A stretch of DNA of 64,000 nucleotides, taken from the NCBI RefSeq assembly GCF_018977255.1, contig NW_024704742.1, positions 28,460,001 through 28,524,000 of the forward strand. Direction: 5' to 3'. Numbering within the stretch: the first letter of the stretch is position 1; each line of letters starts with the position of its first letter. The stretch comes from Callorhinchus milii. Its lineage: Eukaryota. A model generated the notes under the pieces. The model was given only the letters and a program-made list of their open reading frames with translations. It did no database searches and was not told where the DNA came from. The position numbers and the translations under genes were made by a program. Of this stretch, positions 51,613 through 64,000 are shown in pieces.

Positions 51613-52084
51613 GGGGGGTGGGTTTGGGGGGTGCAGATCATTGCAAACAATAAAATCCAGGCATTTTATTTTATTATTTTGAACAATTGTAAACCTGATG
51701 TTGCAGTGGACTTGTCCCATCTAGTCAGCTATGTCTTGGTAATTTTTGCAATCTGGAGGTTCATGACCTAAATTCAGGAATGCTGATCGGACTCGATTGA
51801 TTTTCAGAGTGCCGTTCCCTTGAGTCCGTGTGATGTATGTGACATACTTGCCATTACCAGAAGTTGTTTTTGGTCAGCAGGTCAGTTCAATATACGCAGA
51901 AACCAAGCTGAAGAATAACCAAACAAAAAGGAAAGTTTCATTTATGGAAATTTCCTTTTGTTTTTAATGCAATGTGCACTTTTTCCACAGCTAAACCAAC
52001 TGAAACAATGCAGCTTGCATCACAAGCACTCTCTGGCAAGTTTCCACTGCTTGGCCAGCTAGAACAACCCTACCCATTAGGACC

Positions 52085-52180
52085 AAAAACAGAGATCGCT
52101 GGGAACACTCAGCAGGTCAGGCAGCATCTACGGAGAAAGGAAAGTGGGTCAAGGTTTCGGGACAATGACCCTTTATCAGA
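52085..52180 (-). mobile_element. Penelope-like terminal repeat relic
   Basis: Minus strand tctgataaagggtcattgtcccgaaacc...tagatgctgcctgacctgctgagtgttcccagc; resembles the common shark PLE-type repeat (from memory). Weaker copy near 6915-7000. Confidence 0.6.
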
Positions 52181-52309
52181 CCTTTGGCTACACAGTTTAC
52201 ATTAAGACTTTGGCTGCAGAGTTAACAGGAGCTGAGTGGAGAGAATCCCTGCCTCCAGAGACTGGTCTGCTCCTCCACATCTGCTGATGAGCTAGGCTGG
52301 CTGGCCTGT

Positions 52310-52697
52310 CATCCCTCTACCTCTGGGCCACAACTAGATACCAAGACTACCACCATCTAGCTTGTCAATTCCTTTCATTACTTTGAATAAAATCAACTGG
52401 TAAACCTCCTTTGCTCTAAGCAATGCAGCCCCAGTCTACCCAGCCTCTCATCATAGCTAAGGGCTTTCAGCCTAGGTATTAATCCAGTGAAAAATCGCCG
52501 GCCACCCTCCAAGGTCAGTGTAGCCTTCCTAACTATATGTACACCAAATGAAGTCGGATCAGTGGTCTACATTACTGGAGTCGCACCTTCTTTTATATTC
52601 CAAATCTCTTGTTCTAAATGTCAGAGGCCCATTTACCTCACTGGCTGCTTTCCAAAGCTGCAAACTAGATTTTAATGATCTATGGACTTGAAAACCT
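52310..52697 (-). mobile_element. CR1 ORF2 fragment, inverted relative to the adjacent 3' end
   Basis: Minus-strand motifs QVHRSLKS, LEYK, LSYDERL.RLG, FKVMKGIDK. Confidence 0.7.
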
Positions 52698-52699
52698 GC

Positions 52700-52989
52700 A
52701 AGCCAAAGTTCAGACTGGTAAGGAAGACCTAGTTAAACAAGCAACAGGAAGAGTAACACTACTTCTGTGAGCGAGTTGTAAATTTATGGAACAGGCTCCC
52801 TAGGGAGACAGTGGAAGCAGAAAGTGTTGATTCATTCAAGAACAAATTAGATAGAATTCTGTTAGGAAAGAAAATCTCAGGGTATAATATATAGTTTTGA
52901 ACACGACATGTCATGCGATTACCAGGATGGTGGAAGGCGAACTGGATGGACCTTGGTCTTCTTTTGCCTAGCAAATTCTTATGTTCTTA
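52700..52989 (+). mobile_element. CR1 LINE 3' end
   Basis: HYFCERVVNLWNRLPRETVEAESVDSFKNKLD; ends 'ttcttatgttctta'. Confidence 0.85.
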
Positions 52990-55900
52990 AGGTCTTATTG
53001 CCAGTGTGGTTATAGTTGATTAAATTCTAGCAGTTCTCCAGTGTACACTCTGGGACCTGCAAGCCTTAGCTCTTGTCAACCTATACCTAAACTCTCCAGG
53101 ATTAGGTAAGCAAGATGCATCCTCAGGGGAAACAGTGCACACCCCATGTAAGCAAATAAAAACCTTATGTGAAACTCTCGGAGGTTTGGCTTAGAGACAT
53201 GGTTCTGGGTTCTGCATGTGTCAGACACTCATCTGAAAACAAAGAAAAACCCTGCAAACTTTGTGTTAGTTCAGCACAAGAAAAAATGCATTAAATCAGC
53301 ATAAACTGTGAAAAATAATTGGCCCATTAATGAACTATTCTGTTTGATTTCTTTGCTTTTTGTCATTTTAATAAATTCCATTGGAAGCAAAGGACTTTGT
53401 ATTTTCCCCTGTGAAGAAAATAGCAGTACACATTTATAAATTGCTACTCTTGCGTCACGTTTGTTTGGAAACACAGGATGGCCTTTGAGTCTAACTCGTT
53501 GCTCGCAGTGCACAAATTCTGCTTTGCCATTTACTTCAAAATTTGATTTCAGATTTTGCTTCACTTAATGAACATAATGGCAATAAATACCAGCAATAGA
53601 AGATAGATATGATTTATAAAAAAATGTATTCGATTATTTTATTCATTTATTTAAAACAAAATGTATTCGTGATATTTACCTTCGTATTAGATATGCATTT
53701 GTATGACTGGTTAGCATTTTTTTAAAAAGTATTAAAGGTTTATATTTCATATTCACTATGGATAAAAGTAAATATAAACTTCTATGTTGTTTTCACATTT
53801 TTATTCAGTAGTTCTTTTTAATTGTGACTTTTCATGCTTTTTCCACATTATTGCCCGCAACCAGCAAATTGGAGTTCATAACAAATGGTGTTCTCTCCAG
53901 AACTGTAGCCTCTGCCTGTGATAAAGATACTCTTCTCAAGCAGTGAGACAGATTAGTGTTGGGTCAAATGGCTACTTTTCTGTTTAGTGAGGAGGGTCTT
54001 TTTCATCCAAACCAATTTTATAATCCTGTGACTACTTGGTATTAAGCATCACCCTGCTTAAAATCCAGAAACCTGTTTGAATACTCAGTGGAAATCTGTA
54101 GGTATTGACTGAAGATTAAAGCCAGTTTTATTTATATTGAATACCCTTGTTGCATTTTCTAAGATGTATTTGAGTCCTACAATTGCCTGTATATTCCATT
54201 CCAAACATTTTGGGGTTTTGCTAAGAAATTCCAGGATGAAAACAACCTGGAGAAATCACGTATGTGAACAAAAAAAAACTCAATGTGTGGGTTAAATTGT
54301 GATCTTTCTCCAGTGGGCAACATCCTCTCCTCTCCTGATCCTAGGACTGAACCCGGTTAAAAACCTTTTTGAGGGGTTACGGTGAGATGCAAATCAGTTT
54401 TCTCACAAAGCTATAATGACATACGGTGATATGTTTTGACACAGCCTTGAGATAGTTCATGGCATTGTCCCACATATCATAGCTGAATCTGAAGTTCATA
54501 TCTCATGGAGCAGCACTGAAATGATCCTCTGCCAACCACAACAACACTGGTGGCACTGAAATGTGAGAGAGTGCTACCAACTGGGCCAGGCTGACATATA
54601 TATACGGAAAATGCCTGAAACAGTGGTGACTATTCTCCAATTTCATTATCACACAGATAGAGCCAGCTTTGTACTGCAGAGGCAAGCAAAGCAAGAGTAT
54701 AAATCTGAAGATCATTAAGAGATGCTTCTATTCACAGTTATCTATGCTACTTGTATTGTACAGAGTTGCCAATGTTAACTGCCTCAAAGGCAAATAAATC
54801 TCTCCATGTAATTAATACATTTCCCCTTTTTTCTTAAGGTTTTGTTTTAAGTTACCAGACCCACCTCAAAATTCTCCTTAGAATATAGATGGCACCAACC
54901 TTACATAACCGGAAGCACCCAAAAATTATGGTGCAACTCAAACCAGCATTATGGAGTCTAAATCAGGACTGGGCCACAGCCTGGGAGTTTGCTGTATAAT
55001 TCAAACTCTACCATACAGTCCTTAGATACAGTTAAAAATAACCCTGTGGTGTTTCAAGGTTTCTGCTACAGCACCCGTTTAATTATAAGCACATTTTAAA
55101 AAGATGTCATTTACTTAACTGTGACTTTGCTGCTTTTTTTCTATAATAACACTGATGGTGTTCATATTTTAGTCCATCTGTCTCAGTTTTAAAGGAAGAG
55201 CACAGAACATTTCCAGATGAAATGCTGGTAATTACCGTTGTATAAATTACTCTCAGAATAAGTGATTCAAATATCTGTGCTGCTATAAATAAACATTTTG
55301 TAATTCAATAACATATTGATGCAGGATTTGTAGGTGGTTCATTTCAAAGGAAATCTAGATTTTGTATAATTTTATTACTGTAATTTTGCTAGATTTCAGT
55401 GAGATTGTTTATTATTTTAAGCACCTGAAATTACAGTTGTATTTTTGTGGGTATTATTCCACCATAATTAATAATCATTTCAATTGTATGTCTTTAGCTA
55501 TATATGATCATGTTAAAGCATTTGTTTGGCAGATTTAATAAATGTAAAAGATGGAGTTGCAATCGCTTGCTCGCAAAGAAAAACCTGCTGCTTTTGCATT
55601 GTGGAGAAACACTGCTTTTAATAAGGAATCATTTCAATAAAGAATCAATAAGAAATCAAGTTGGTCATTCACTTTATGGATGTTTGTGGGACATTGCTAT
55701 GTATAAGTTGGTTGCTGTGAATATTTACCTACAACATTTGCCTATAAAATTTAAAGACACTGCATGTTATATCCAGTGAAGCAGCCTGAGACATCCTCCT
55801 GTCATGAAAGGCACCACTTGAATGTTAGGAGTATTTTTTTTACACACACCGGTTGTCATAAGAATATAAGAAAGCATGGAAGGAGATATAGGCAGTTAGT

Positions 55901-56484
55901 GTTCAGGGAGATGGCACTGTTTTGCCTTACTTCTGCTCTGTGGGTAGAGTACTATTATCACTGATGCAATACACTTTCCTTGTGCTTTGTAAGTGAGCAA
56001 AATAAACTTTTTGGCTCGTAAGATAAATAGAACTCCTTGGCAAGTGGATCTAACTCAGAGTTTGGCCACTACTCGTACCAACTTTATTTTTTTCAAAAAG
56101 AAGCATCTCCCAAAGAAGTTTCATCTAGCTCCAAGCAAAGCTCACAAAAAATGTACTTAAAAAATTGCTTTCTTTCACCTGCTGACGTCAGAGCTGAGGA
56201 TCTTTTATTTATAATGTTTGATGATCAGAGAATGCGTCAGTAATGGCTCTTCAGGGGGTTATGGTTCCTGTGTAAGAGGTATTGGCATTGCTTCAGTGGA
56301 GCTAATACTTGAAAATGGCATCTATCACACAGGTTTTCTACATGGGAACTTTATGAAATTTCCTACTTATTTGACTCCTTTATCAGATCACCCTCACCAA
56401 CATGTGATTAATAGAAGCACCAGAATATTCTGCTCAGAAGTGAGCAAAATAGTCCTTTCTATCTACTAGCAGGGTGCAAAGTTA

Positions 56485-56910
56485 AATGATTTGCCTCAGA
56501 AACAAATGATTTATTTCCTGGTCATTCCCAGAAAGTTGTGAGTTCATTCCCCACATCAGGACTTTTAGCTCATTGTCTTGGCTGACACTCCAGTGCAATG
56601 TTGGGGGAGCAACGTGATGTTAAACCAAAAGTCCATAAATCTGCCTAATCAGGAGATGTTATAGAGAACCTGTAGCACTATTCGAAAAAAGAAGGGAGTT
56701 TCTCCCCTTGTCTTGGTCACAAATCCTCCAGGTAACCTTTGTCATTCACTTCATTGCTGTTTGGTACTTTGCTGTGCACAAATTGGCTGCCAATTATTTG
56801 TCTACAAATATTTGTCTACAAGTACAGTCACTAAACATGATTGTACATACCTGTGCAAAGCTGAGAGACTTTTAAGGTGCTACATCCTATGTAAGGGAAG
56901 GGATTATAAT
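56485..56910 (+). mobile_element. Family B SINE, decayed
   Basis: 'gttgtgagttc...gctgacactccagtgca...gcactattcgaaaaaagaagggagtt...ttgctgtgcacaaattggctgcc'. Confidence 0.75.
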
Positions 56911-57295
56911 CTAATGAGAACTCCATTTTATTTTTATTGAGGAAAATAAAATGTCAACATGCATTAATGTGCAGGAGACAAGAAAGTTTGAAAACAACAG
57001 AAGAGAAGATCAGAAATGAATGATTAAGAGATGCCAAGCTTGGATTTTAAAAGCCCTGTAGATTGTAAAATGAGGGGAAGTCTGAGGAATTCAGTAGTTT
57101 TGAGGTTCAGGGGAAAAAATATTAGGTGACATGACTTTTGGTTTGAAAGCAGTGAGAACAATGAGAGAAATGTGTGGGATGACAATTTTAGTAGCTTGAG
57201 AGAAACAAGAGGGAAAAGTGCAGAAGAGGAATGACCATATTTGTATTGATCAAAGAAAAAAAGTAGGACTGAGTAGCACGATATATTCAGACATT

Positions 57296-57480
57296 TTCCT
57301 TTGAGCTCTGAGACTCGACATTTGAAAGCAGCCCAAACTGCTGGGATGAAAGCTTGCTCTCCTCACCGCTTCAAAAAGTTGTAATTAAATTGAGTTTGGG
57401 CAGCCCTAACCTACTTATTTGTGGGCATACATCCACAGCACTAAACCGCCCATAATTCAGCACTCATTAGGCCATTTCAC
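57296..57480 (+). mobile_element. LF-SINE-like element, second copy
   Basis: Shares 'gatgaaag', 'tgagt' and the exact 12-mer 'cataattcagca' (57451-57462 vs 7197-7208) with 7036-7224, in the same order. Confidence 0.55.
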
Positions 57481-57940
57481 CAAAAATGCTATAGTAGGAA
57501 ATGGAAATTTTGTGCTGCTCCGTTCATTCTATGGAGAAGGCTGTACTAATGGAATTACCTTAATGTACATTTCATGTGCAATATAAATGAAGCTTTACTT
57601 CTTTATCTGAATTATAAGAGATGTCTCTGAGTCTGAGGAAAACATATGTTTCCTCAGGTTTAGCCCTGGAGCTACGGAAAGGAGGACATTTAGGGACAGG
57701 CCATTCGTTTTCAGGCATTCCTTATATACATTCCCTCAAAACTGGAATGAGGAAGGGCTAGACTAAAACCAAAAAACACAGGGAGTGTCTCCCAAATTAC
57801 CATTCTCAATTTGGAATCAGGATTGAGCACCACATTGGAACCAAAGAGGTTGGTGTTAGATAGGTTCCAGCTTTACACCAACATTGAATGAACTCCAGTG
57901 ATAATTTGGGCTGCCGAAGAATGTTGGTTGGGCTGCAGTA

Positions 57941-59820
57941 GTGGAGGCCTTTGAAGTTGAGGACCAGGATCTTGAACTGTATGCTCTGTGTGATGGGAAG
58001 CAAGTGGAGTTGGGCGAGGATAACAACAACAACAACTTGGATTTATATAGCGCCCTCCATGCCGTACAGAGCATCTCAGAGGATGCAGGTGATAGGTCAC
58101 GGAGCCTGGTGCGGGAGAGGACACGGGCTGCAGAGTTCTGGATGATCTGCAGTTTATGGAGGGAGGAGTTGGGGAGGCCGACAAGCAAGGAGTTTGCATA
58201 GTCAAGCCTCGATGTAATGAAAGCATGTATGAGGGTTTCAGCGGCCTGCAGTGTGAGACAGTGGCGGAGCCAGGTGATGTTGCGGAGGTGGAGCAAGGTA
58301 GAGTGGGTCATGGCATCGATGTGGGGTAGAAAGGATGATTAATGGTCAAACAAGACCCCAAAGTTCTGGACTGGCTTAGCAAGTTGGAGTGAGCAACCAT
58401 GGATGGTGATGCTGTCAGTGCCTGAGGTGTTGAGGGGCTGACGGGAGCCAATCAGGAGAGCCTTTGTCTTGTTGATGTTCAACTGAAGAAAGTTAGCTCT
58501 CATCCAGGACTTGATGTCTGACAGACATTCTGTCAGGACAGCAGTGGTGCTGGAGTCAACGGGTGGAGGCAGAGACGTACAGTTTGGTGTCATCCACATA
58601 CATGTGGAAGTTAACCCCATGTCTGCTGATTATGTCACCAAGCATATTGAAGATATAGGTATTGAAGAGGAGGGGACCAAGGACAGAGCCCTGAGGAATG
58701 TCACATAAAACGGTGTGGGGACTAGATGAGAAACCATTTGTGGAGATGAAGTGGAGGCAGTGTGAGAGGTATGATCTGAACCAGTCAAGGACAGAGCTGT
58801 GAAGGTTGAGGTGAGAGGAGAGGCGGTGGATAAGAACAGAGTGGTTGATGGTGTTGAAAGCAGCAGAGAGGTTAAAGAGAATTAGGAGGCCAAGGGGGCC
58901 CTGGTCGCAGATGGACAGAATGTCATTTGTCACTTTGACCAGGGCTGTTTCTGTACTGTGGGAGGCACAAAACCAATTGGAGGGTTTCCTGAAGAGGCGG
59001 GAGAGGAAGAAGCAAAGCTGGGAAGCAACAACTCATTCCAGGACCTTGGAGAGGAAGGGGAGGTTGGAGTTGGGGCAGTAGTTTGAGAATAGAGATTGGT
59101 CCAGGGAGCGCTTTTTGAGGATAGGAGTGATGACAGCTGTTTTTAATGGAGTGGGAACAGTACCAGTGGACAGGGAGAGTTTATGATGTGTGTGAGTAGA
59201 GGAACAAGGAGGTAGAGCTGGGAGGTAAGAAGAAGGGTAGGGATGGGTCAAGGGAACAGGTTGCCGGTTTCATGCGACAGATAGTAGAAGTGAGAGAGGA
59301 GTAGGAGACAGGTTTGAAGGTGTGGAGGGAAGGAGGGTAGGGGCTGGGTTGAGAGGGGGAGATGGTGAAGGTGTATCAGACAGATACCCTTGCTTTGGAT
59401 TTGAGCAAGTCCAGCATTAAATCCAGCATCGTGAGGATGGGCAAGGCATGAGAGGGTGGACCAAGGAGCTGGTTGGTGATGGAGAAGAGGAGCCTGGGGT
59501 TACCCTTAGCCAAGATTGTCTTGGAGTAGAACGACGATTTAGCGGAGGTGAGGGGAGAGCGGTAAGATTTGATGAGGTCCAGCCAGATCTGCCGATGGAC
59601 CATTAAGTTTGATTTAAGCCAAGTCTGTTCTGGGCCATGCACCTGTGCTTTAAGAGAGCAGAGGTGGCCGTTGTTCTATGTTGATTTACGTGAATAGGAG
59701 ACGGTTCGGGAAGAGAGGGGAGCAAGGGAATCGAGAGTGGAGGAGAGGAAGCAGTGGAGAAGAGTGACCGAGGAGGATAGGTCATTGCGGGAGGAAGCCC
59801 AGAGGGAAAGGAGTTCAGAT
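57941..59820 (-). mobile_element. L2 LINE, longest piece in the window (linker plus RT; both ends missing)
   Basis: KTAVITPILKK, SNLPFLSKVLE, LSAAFNTINH, PQGSVLGPLLF, YVDDTKLY, SRLDYANSLL; many disruptions. Confidence 0.95.
58022..58078 (-). mobile_element. 57-nt L2-type 3' tail insertion with GAGGAT TSD
   Basis: (AAC)n-ttggatttatatagcgccctcc..., flanked by GAGGAT at 58016-58021 and 58079-58084. Confidence 0.8.
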
Positions 59821-60871
59821 AACTTTTAGATCTCAGTTTGGTCGAATTGGACATGGGTAGTTTCTTTGGGAAATAAAATAAACTTAGACAGTAGTACCTC
59901 AAATGCATTCAATCAAACTCAGTCAAGCATGGGAAAAACATGGGAGGATTTTTCCATGAGCAAGAATAAGTTTATTTGTTTAACCACAGTTGATCAAATT
60001 CTCTACAGAGCAGAATGATTTTTATGTGCTATTGGGACCAGGGAAAGGTCACCCATGAAATGCTATTGACCAAACCTTTATTGGTGCTCTGGAGATTCTC
60101 TAGATTAGCTTGGCGAACGTCTAGGAAACTTTACCTCTGATTTTCCAACTCCCTCCAAGATTAAGATGGATAGCATTCACGATATTGTGCATAGTCCGTG
60201 TAGAGGGTAGGCTTGGTGGATCTGCTGACTTTGAAAATTGCAGCCAGTCTATATCTTAATGTTTTGACTGATGTAATCTCCTGACACTCCTCTGCCTCCA
60301 CCCCACCCCCCACCACCCCATTTTCCAACACCACCATGAAGATGCCCACACCACTCAATGAATGAATTGCCAGCTCACAGATCCACGGAATTGACCATTG
60401 GAGTGCCAGGTTGTAGGTTAGAAATTCAACTTAGTATCTTGCTAACCGCCAGTTTCATCTGGAAACTGAGAGTCCAACAAATGGCACTGCAACTTTGTGT
60501 CCAGCCATTGTGATGGAATATGTTTCTACATATAGACAGAATGGGCAGATCTCAGAAGAGGTCCTGTGAAACTTTTAGATGACCTACCCACCTGAGACAT
60601 CAAATGCAAGTATTATACTGACAACGCATGTATTGGTAAATGGAACTTGCATTCGGATTTTAGAAATATTTTACAGCTTATCTCCTTTTTCTTGATCCAT
60701 TCCATAAGCTTTAATTTACAGTAACTAATACATTTCAAGAAGAAAATGGATAAAAAAAATATTGCCATTTTGCATGTTATCATGCTTTGCAGCAATTCAA
60801 ACAAAAGGAGAGATTAAATTAAAATGGATTTTGTAGAACAAAAGCATGATATTTGCAATGGAGTTGTAAAT

Positions 60872-61020
60872 TATTTGGTCACTCAATCCAAGATTGTTTG
60901 TGGGACACTGCTGTGCGCAATTGGCTGCCAAGTTTCTCCCACAAATATACAGTCAATTCATTTTGACATCTCGAAGATGTGAAAAGAACTATATCAAATG
61001 CAAGGATTATTATTTATTAT
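60872..61020 (+). mobile_element. SINE family A, 3' half
   Basis: 'ggtcactcaatcc...gtgggacactgctgtgcgcaattggctgcc...gcaaggattattat'. Confidence 0.85.
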
Positions 61021-61555
61021 ATAAGAATAGAGAGTGACATGACAGGAAGTAACCTACCTCTGTGAGGCCACGTTCTTCTCAAAATTATTGGAGAAAATGG
61101 TATCAGTAACTTCTGCTCCCCAGTTTCCTTTTGCTAGGGTATGGTTCCATTTCTGATATAAATCACTACAAAATACACAGTCACTACACTTTACAGTAAA
61201 TCCTGTGAAACAGTTTAAGACCTCGCCCAACATGAAAGGTGCTGTATCAAATGCAAGTATGATTCGTATTAGTTTACAGCATACTACTTGTTAAAGGGGT
61301 CTTAGAAGCTTGTGCTGTGCAACAAATCTGCTTAATGTCAGTTCAGAAGTGGATTTGTGAAATTCACCAGCAAATAGATCGCTTACCTGGATGCCCTGCA
61401 CACAGAGAAAGATTTCTGTCTCCGCTGAGACAAGCATAAAGTCATTGGCAAGTGTACAGTAATTCTTGTTTGATCAGATCTGAAAAAAAAGTGTGACTGA
61501 AGAGACCAAGATGGTTTCTTAACATTTGTTTCTTTCGTCTATTTTTTTCATGTGC

Positions 61556-61735
61556 AACGACAACAACAAGATTCCATTTATAGAGCGCCTTTCACGTCGG
61601 GAGGACGTCCCAAGGCGCTGGACAGTTGGGTCAGGACTTGAGCAGGGGGGGAAGTGGTCAGGGTGAGGGGAGGGAAGGGAGGGAGCCAGGAGGGGGTAGA
61701 GTGTCGAGAGGGGAGCTGAAGGCACGGTCAAAGAG
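61556..61735 (-). mobile_element. L2 3' tail
   Basis: 'atagagcgcctttcacgtcgggaggacgtcccaaggcgctggacag...gctgaaggcacggtcaa'. Confidence 0.85.
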
Positions 61736-63254
61736 AAACTGCACTGTATGTGCAGTTATACAGTGCCAGTGCCACCACATGTTCATTTGAATAATTAGTT
61801 TTCAGAGCAGAAAAAATGATTTTTCTGTTGAAGTCTCATATCTAGGGAGGGGGCACTTTGCCATATGTGCATGTTTTATGTGGTGGAAGGTTGAAGCAAA
61901 TATTCAAAATTCTGCCCTGGGAATGTTCTCTTGGGTATTGTTGCATTCCCTCCGCAGTTGGATGAGTATATCAGGATGTTCTTGTCTGAGCTCATTGTTG
62001 GTGTAGGTTGTGGGGGAGGTTAGGCTCAGGAAGTGGTTGAGGTGAAGGTTCAGCAAGTTGCGGTTAGATTGTCTCCTGTCCGGTTTCAAGTGGGCTGGCT
62101 GCACATTTTCTTAAAAAAATGTAAACTAGACATCATAAAGTCTGTAGTTTTTTTAAAAAAAGGGATTACTGCCAAGTAAAGTAATTAACTGTTTGTTTGA
62201 TACTTTTTATCACTTATATACCATTTAATAGCTTTCCTTTGTCTATAATTTTCAGTAGATTTTTATATTGGATTTGAATAACCTGCTACAGAGTGTTATG
62301 CCATGTTTTTCCCGAGACTGGATGGCAATGGGAATGGGCTTGTGATGTGAGCTCAATGGTTTAATTTTCCTGCTGATGAAAAAGGCACTNAAAAAATCTC
62401 AGTGACCTCGCCTGTTAAGATTTTCACATCATGAGATTCAAACAGAAACGGAACATGTGGACTTGTGTTTTGGGGAAAAAAAATGTAATGTCTGGTTTTC
62501 AGTACAGAACCATCCGGTCATCCCACTCAAAGAAAACAAACAGCTCCATCCAAAAACAGAGCATCTTTTGCATGAAGCATCATAACATGTGGAACTGAAC
62601 ATCCAATTTATTTTATTCACATATGTTCCAGTACTTTATTTGGGTCTGAAAATGCTCAATGCACCTTTGTGAAATATCGTGCTATGAACTATCTAGCTGA
62701 AACACTTCTGATCAGGTCGTGGCTTGATTAGTTGCTTACCTGTCTCTCAACATAAACAACAACTTGCACTTAAATAGCAGCTTTCACACGAGCAGTGTTT
62801 CAGAACGCTTAAGAGTGGAGGAACCCGACGCAGAGCCGTGGTGGGGGAGGGAAGAGGTGATGGTAAGCACAGTCAAAGAGAAACGTCTTCAATCGTGATC
62901 TAAAAGATTATTTTAAAAAATGATTGAAGAATAATAAATTATTTGCAGGAATTTAGTTCAATTAAAGTCTGTTTCAATCTGGAGTGTAAACCCCTTTGAG
63001 GTTCTTGCACGTCCGTAGCTTTGGCAATTTTATGACATGAGCTTCTAAATATTCTCTGCCTCCATCACTATCAGTGAATTCCGATTCCCTTGTATAAACA
63101 AAATGTGAATATCACAATGAGTTTTTTGTTAATTTACAGCATATTGAACAGGACTCAGATTGTTCCTTGGGTGCAAATCTGAAGGGTTCTGCAGGAGGAT
63201 TTGTGTGTGGTGAACAAAACCTGGTGGATTGCTTTAAACATAACATAATTATTT

Positions 63255-63540
63255 CTACACTTGGGGTAGCACCTGAAACATAGAACGTCTCAAAATGCTT
63301 TATAAGTCTTTGCTATTTAGTGTAGTGACTGTGTATTTTTTGGCGAACCCGACAGTCAATTTGTGCATAGCTATGTCTCACAAACAGCCATGAGGTGAAT
63401 GACTAATTAATTGGTATGTGACCAGGAGAAACTCCCTTCTCTTTCCTAGTGCCATGAGCTCTTTAACATGGACATGAGCAGCTAGATGGGTCCTCGGATG
63501 AACAATTTATCTAAAAAGCTTTACCTCTAACAATCCCACA
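63255..63540 (-). mobile_element. Family B SINE, decayed
   Basis: 'caaacagccatgagg...ggagaaactcccttctc...gtgccatgagctctttaaca'. Confidence 0.65.
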
Positions 63541-64000
63541 GTACACCTGACCACCAATTATCAATATTCCATGTAGTAAAACAGGAAAAGATCAATTTGA
63601 AAATAATAATAATTCAGAATAATAATAATAGTCCCTGCATTTGAAATTTCTCTTTTCACATCGGGAGGATGTCTCGAAGCACTTTACAGAATTTACTCTA
63701 CAGTGCAGTGATTGTGTATTTTGTAGGCAAATCCAGCGACCAATATGCAATAGAGGTTAGTTTACATTTTAAAAGACTACAGATTGTTGTAGGAGGAAGG
63801 GAAGATTGATGTAAGTAAGAAGTACACAATCTCAAGATCCTCATAAAAAATGAGTTAGAGTAGGAGCCAATAGGGTTTAAAAGCAGTGATTTCAAAAGGG
63901 ATTTCCTAATAAGGAATTAGTGGATGACTGTTTTATTTAAAAAAATGGTCTAGCAGTCACTGCAACCGGGAAGGGGCAATAACTGTTAGGATCACAGATG

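Overview
AT-rich, repeat-dense vertebrate genomic DNA. The repeat complement (tRNA-headed SINEs with Deu-type cores and L2-type tails, abundant L2 and CR1 LINE fragments) points to a cartilaginous fish, probably a holocephalan; this is inferred from recalled repeat families, not a search. I recognise no intact host protein-coding gene or RNA gene, so the window is probably intronic or intergenic. Nearly all long ORFs are decayed L2/CR1 ORF2 pieces or their antisense shadows. Beyond the routine repeats there are: a clean 704-bp solo LTR (4361-5064) with a 4-bp TSD and an internal 39-bp CpG-rich tandem array, inserted into an L2; a cluster of same-strand PIF/Harbinger transposase fossils (about 26.4-32.2 kb) mostly missed by the ORF track; an Eulor-like palindrome (about 3890-4064); two LF-SINE-like copies; a Penelope-type terminal repeat with a degenerate hammerhead core; a CR1 with twin-priming-like geometry; local fold-back and duplication scars; and a few candidate exons and conserved-noncoding-like blocks. 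I cannot support a claim of a novel intact biological system.
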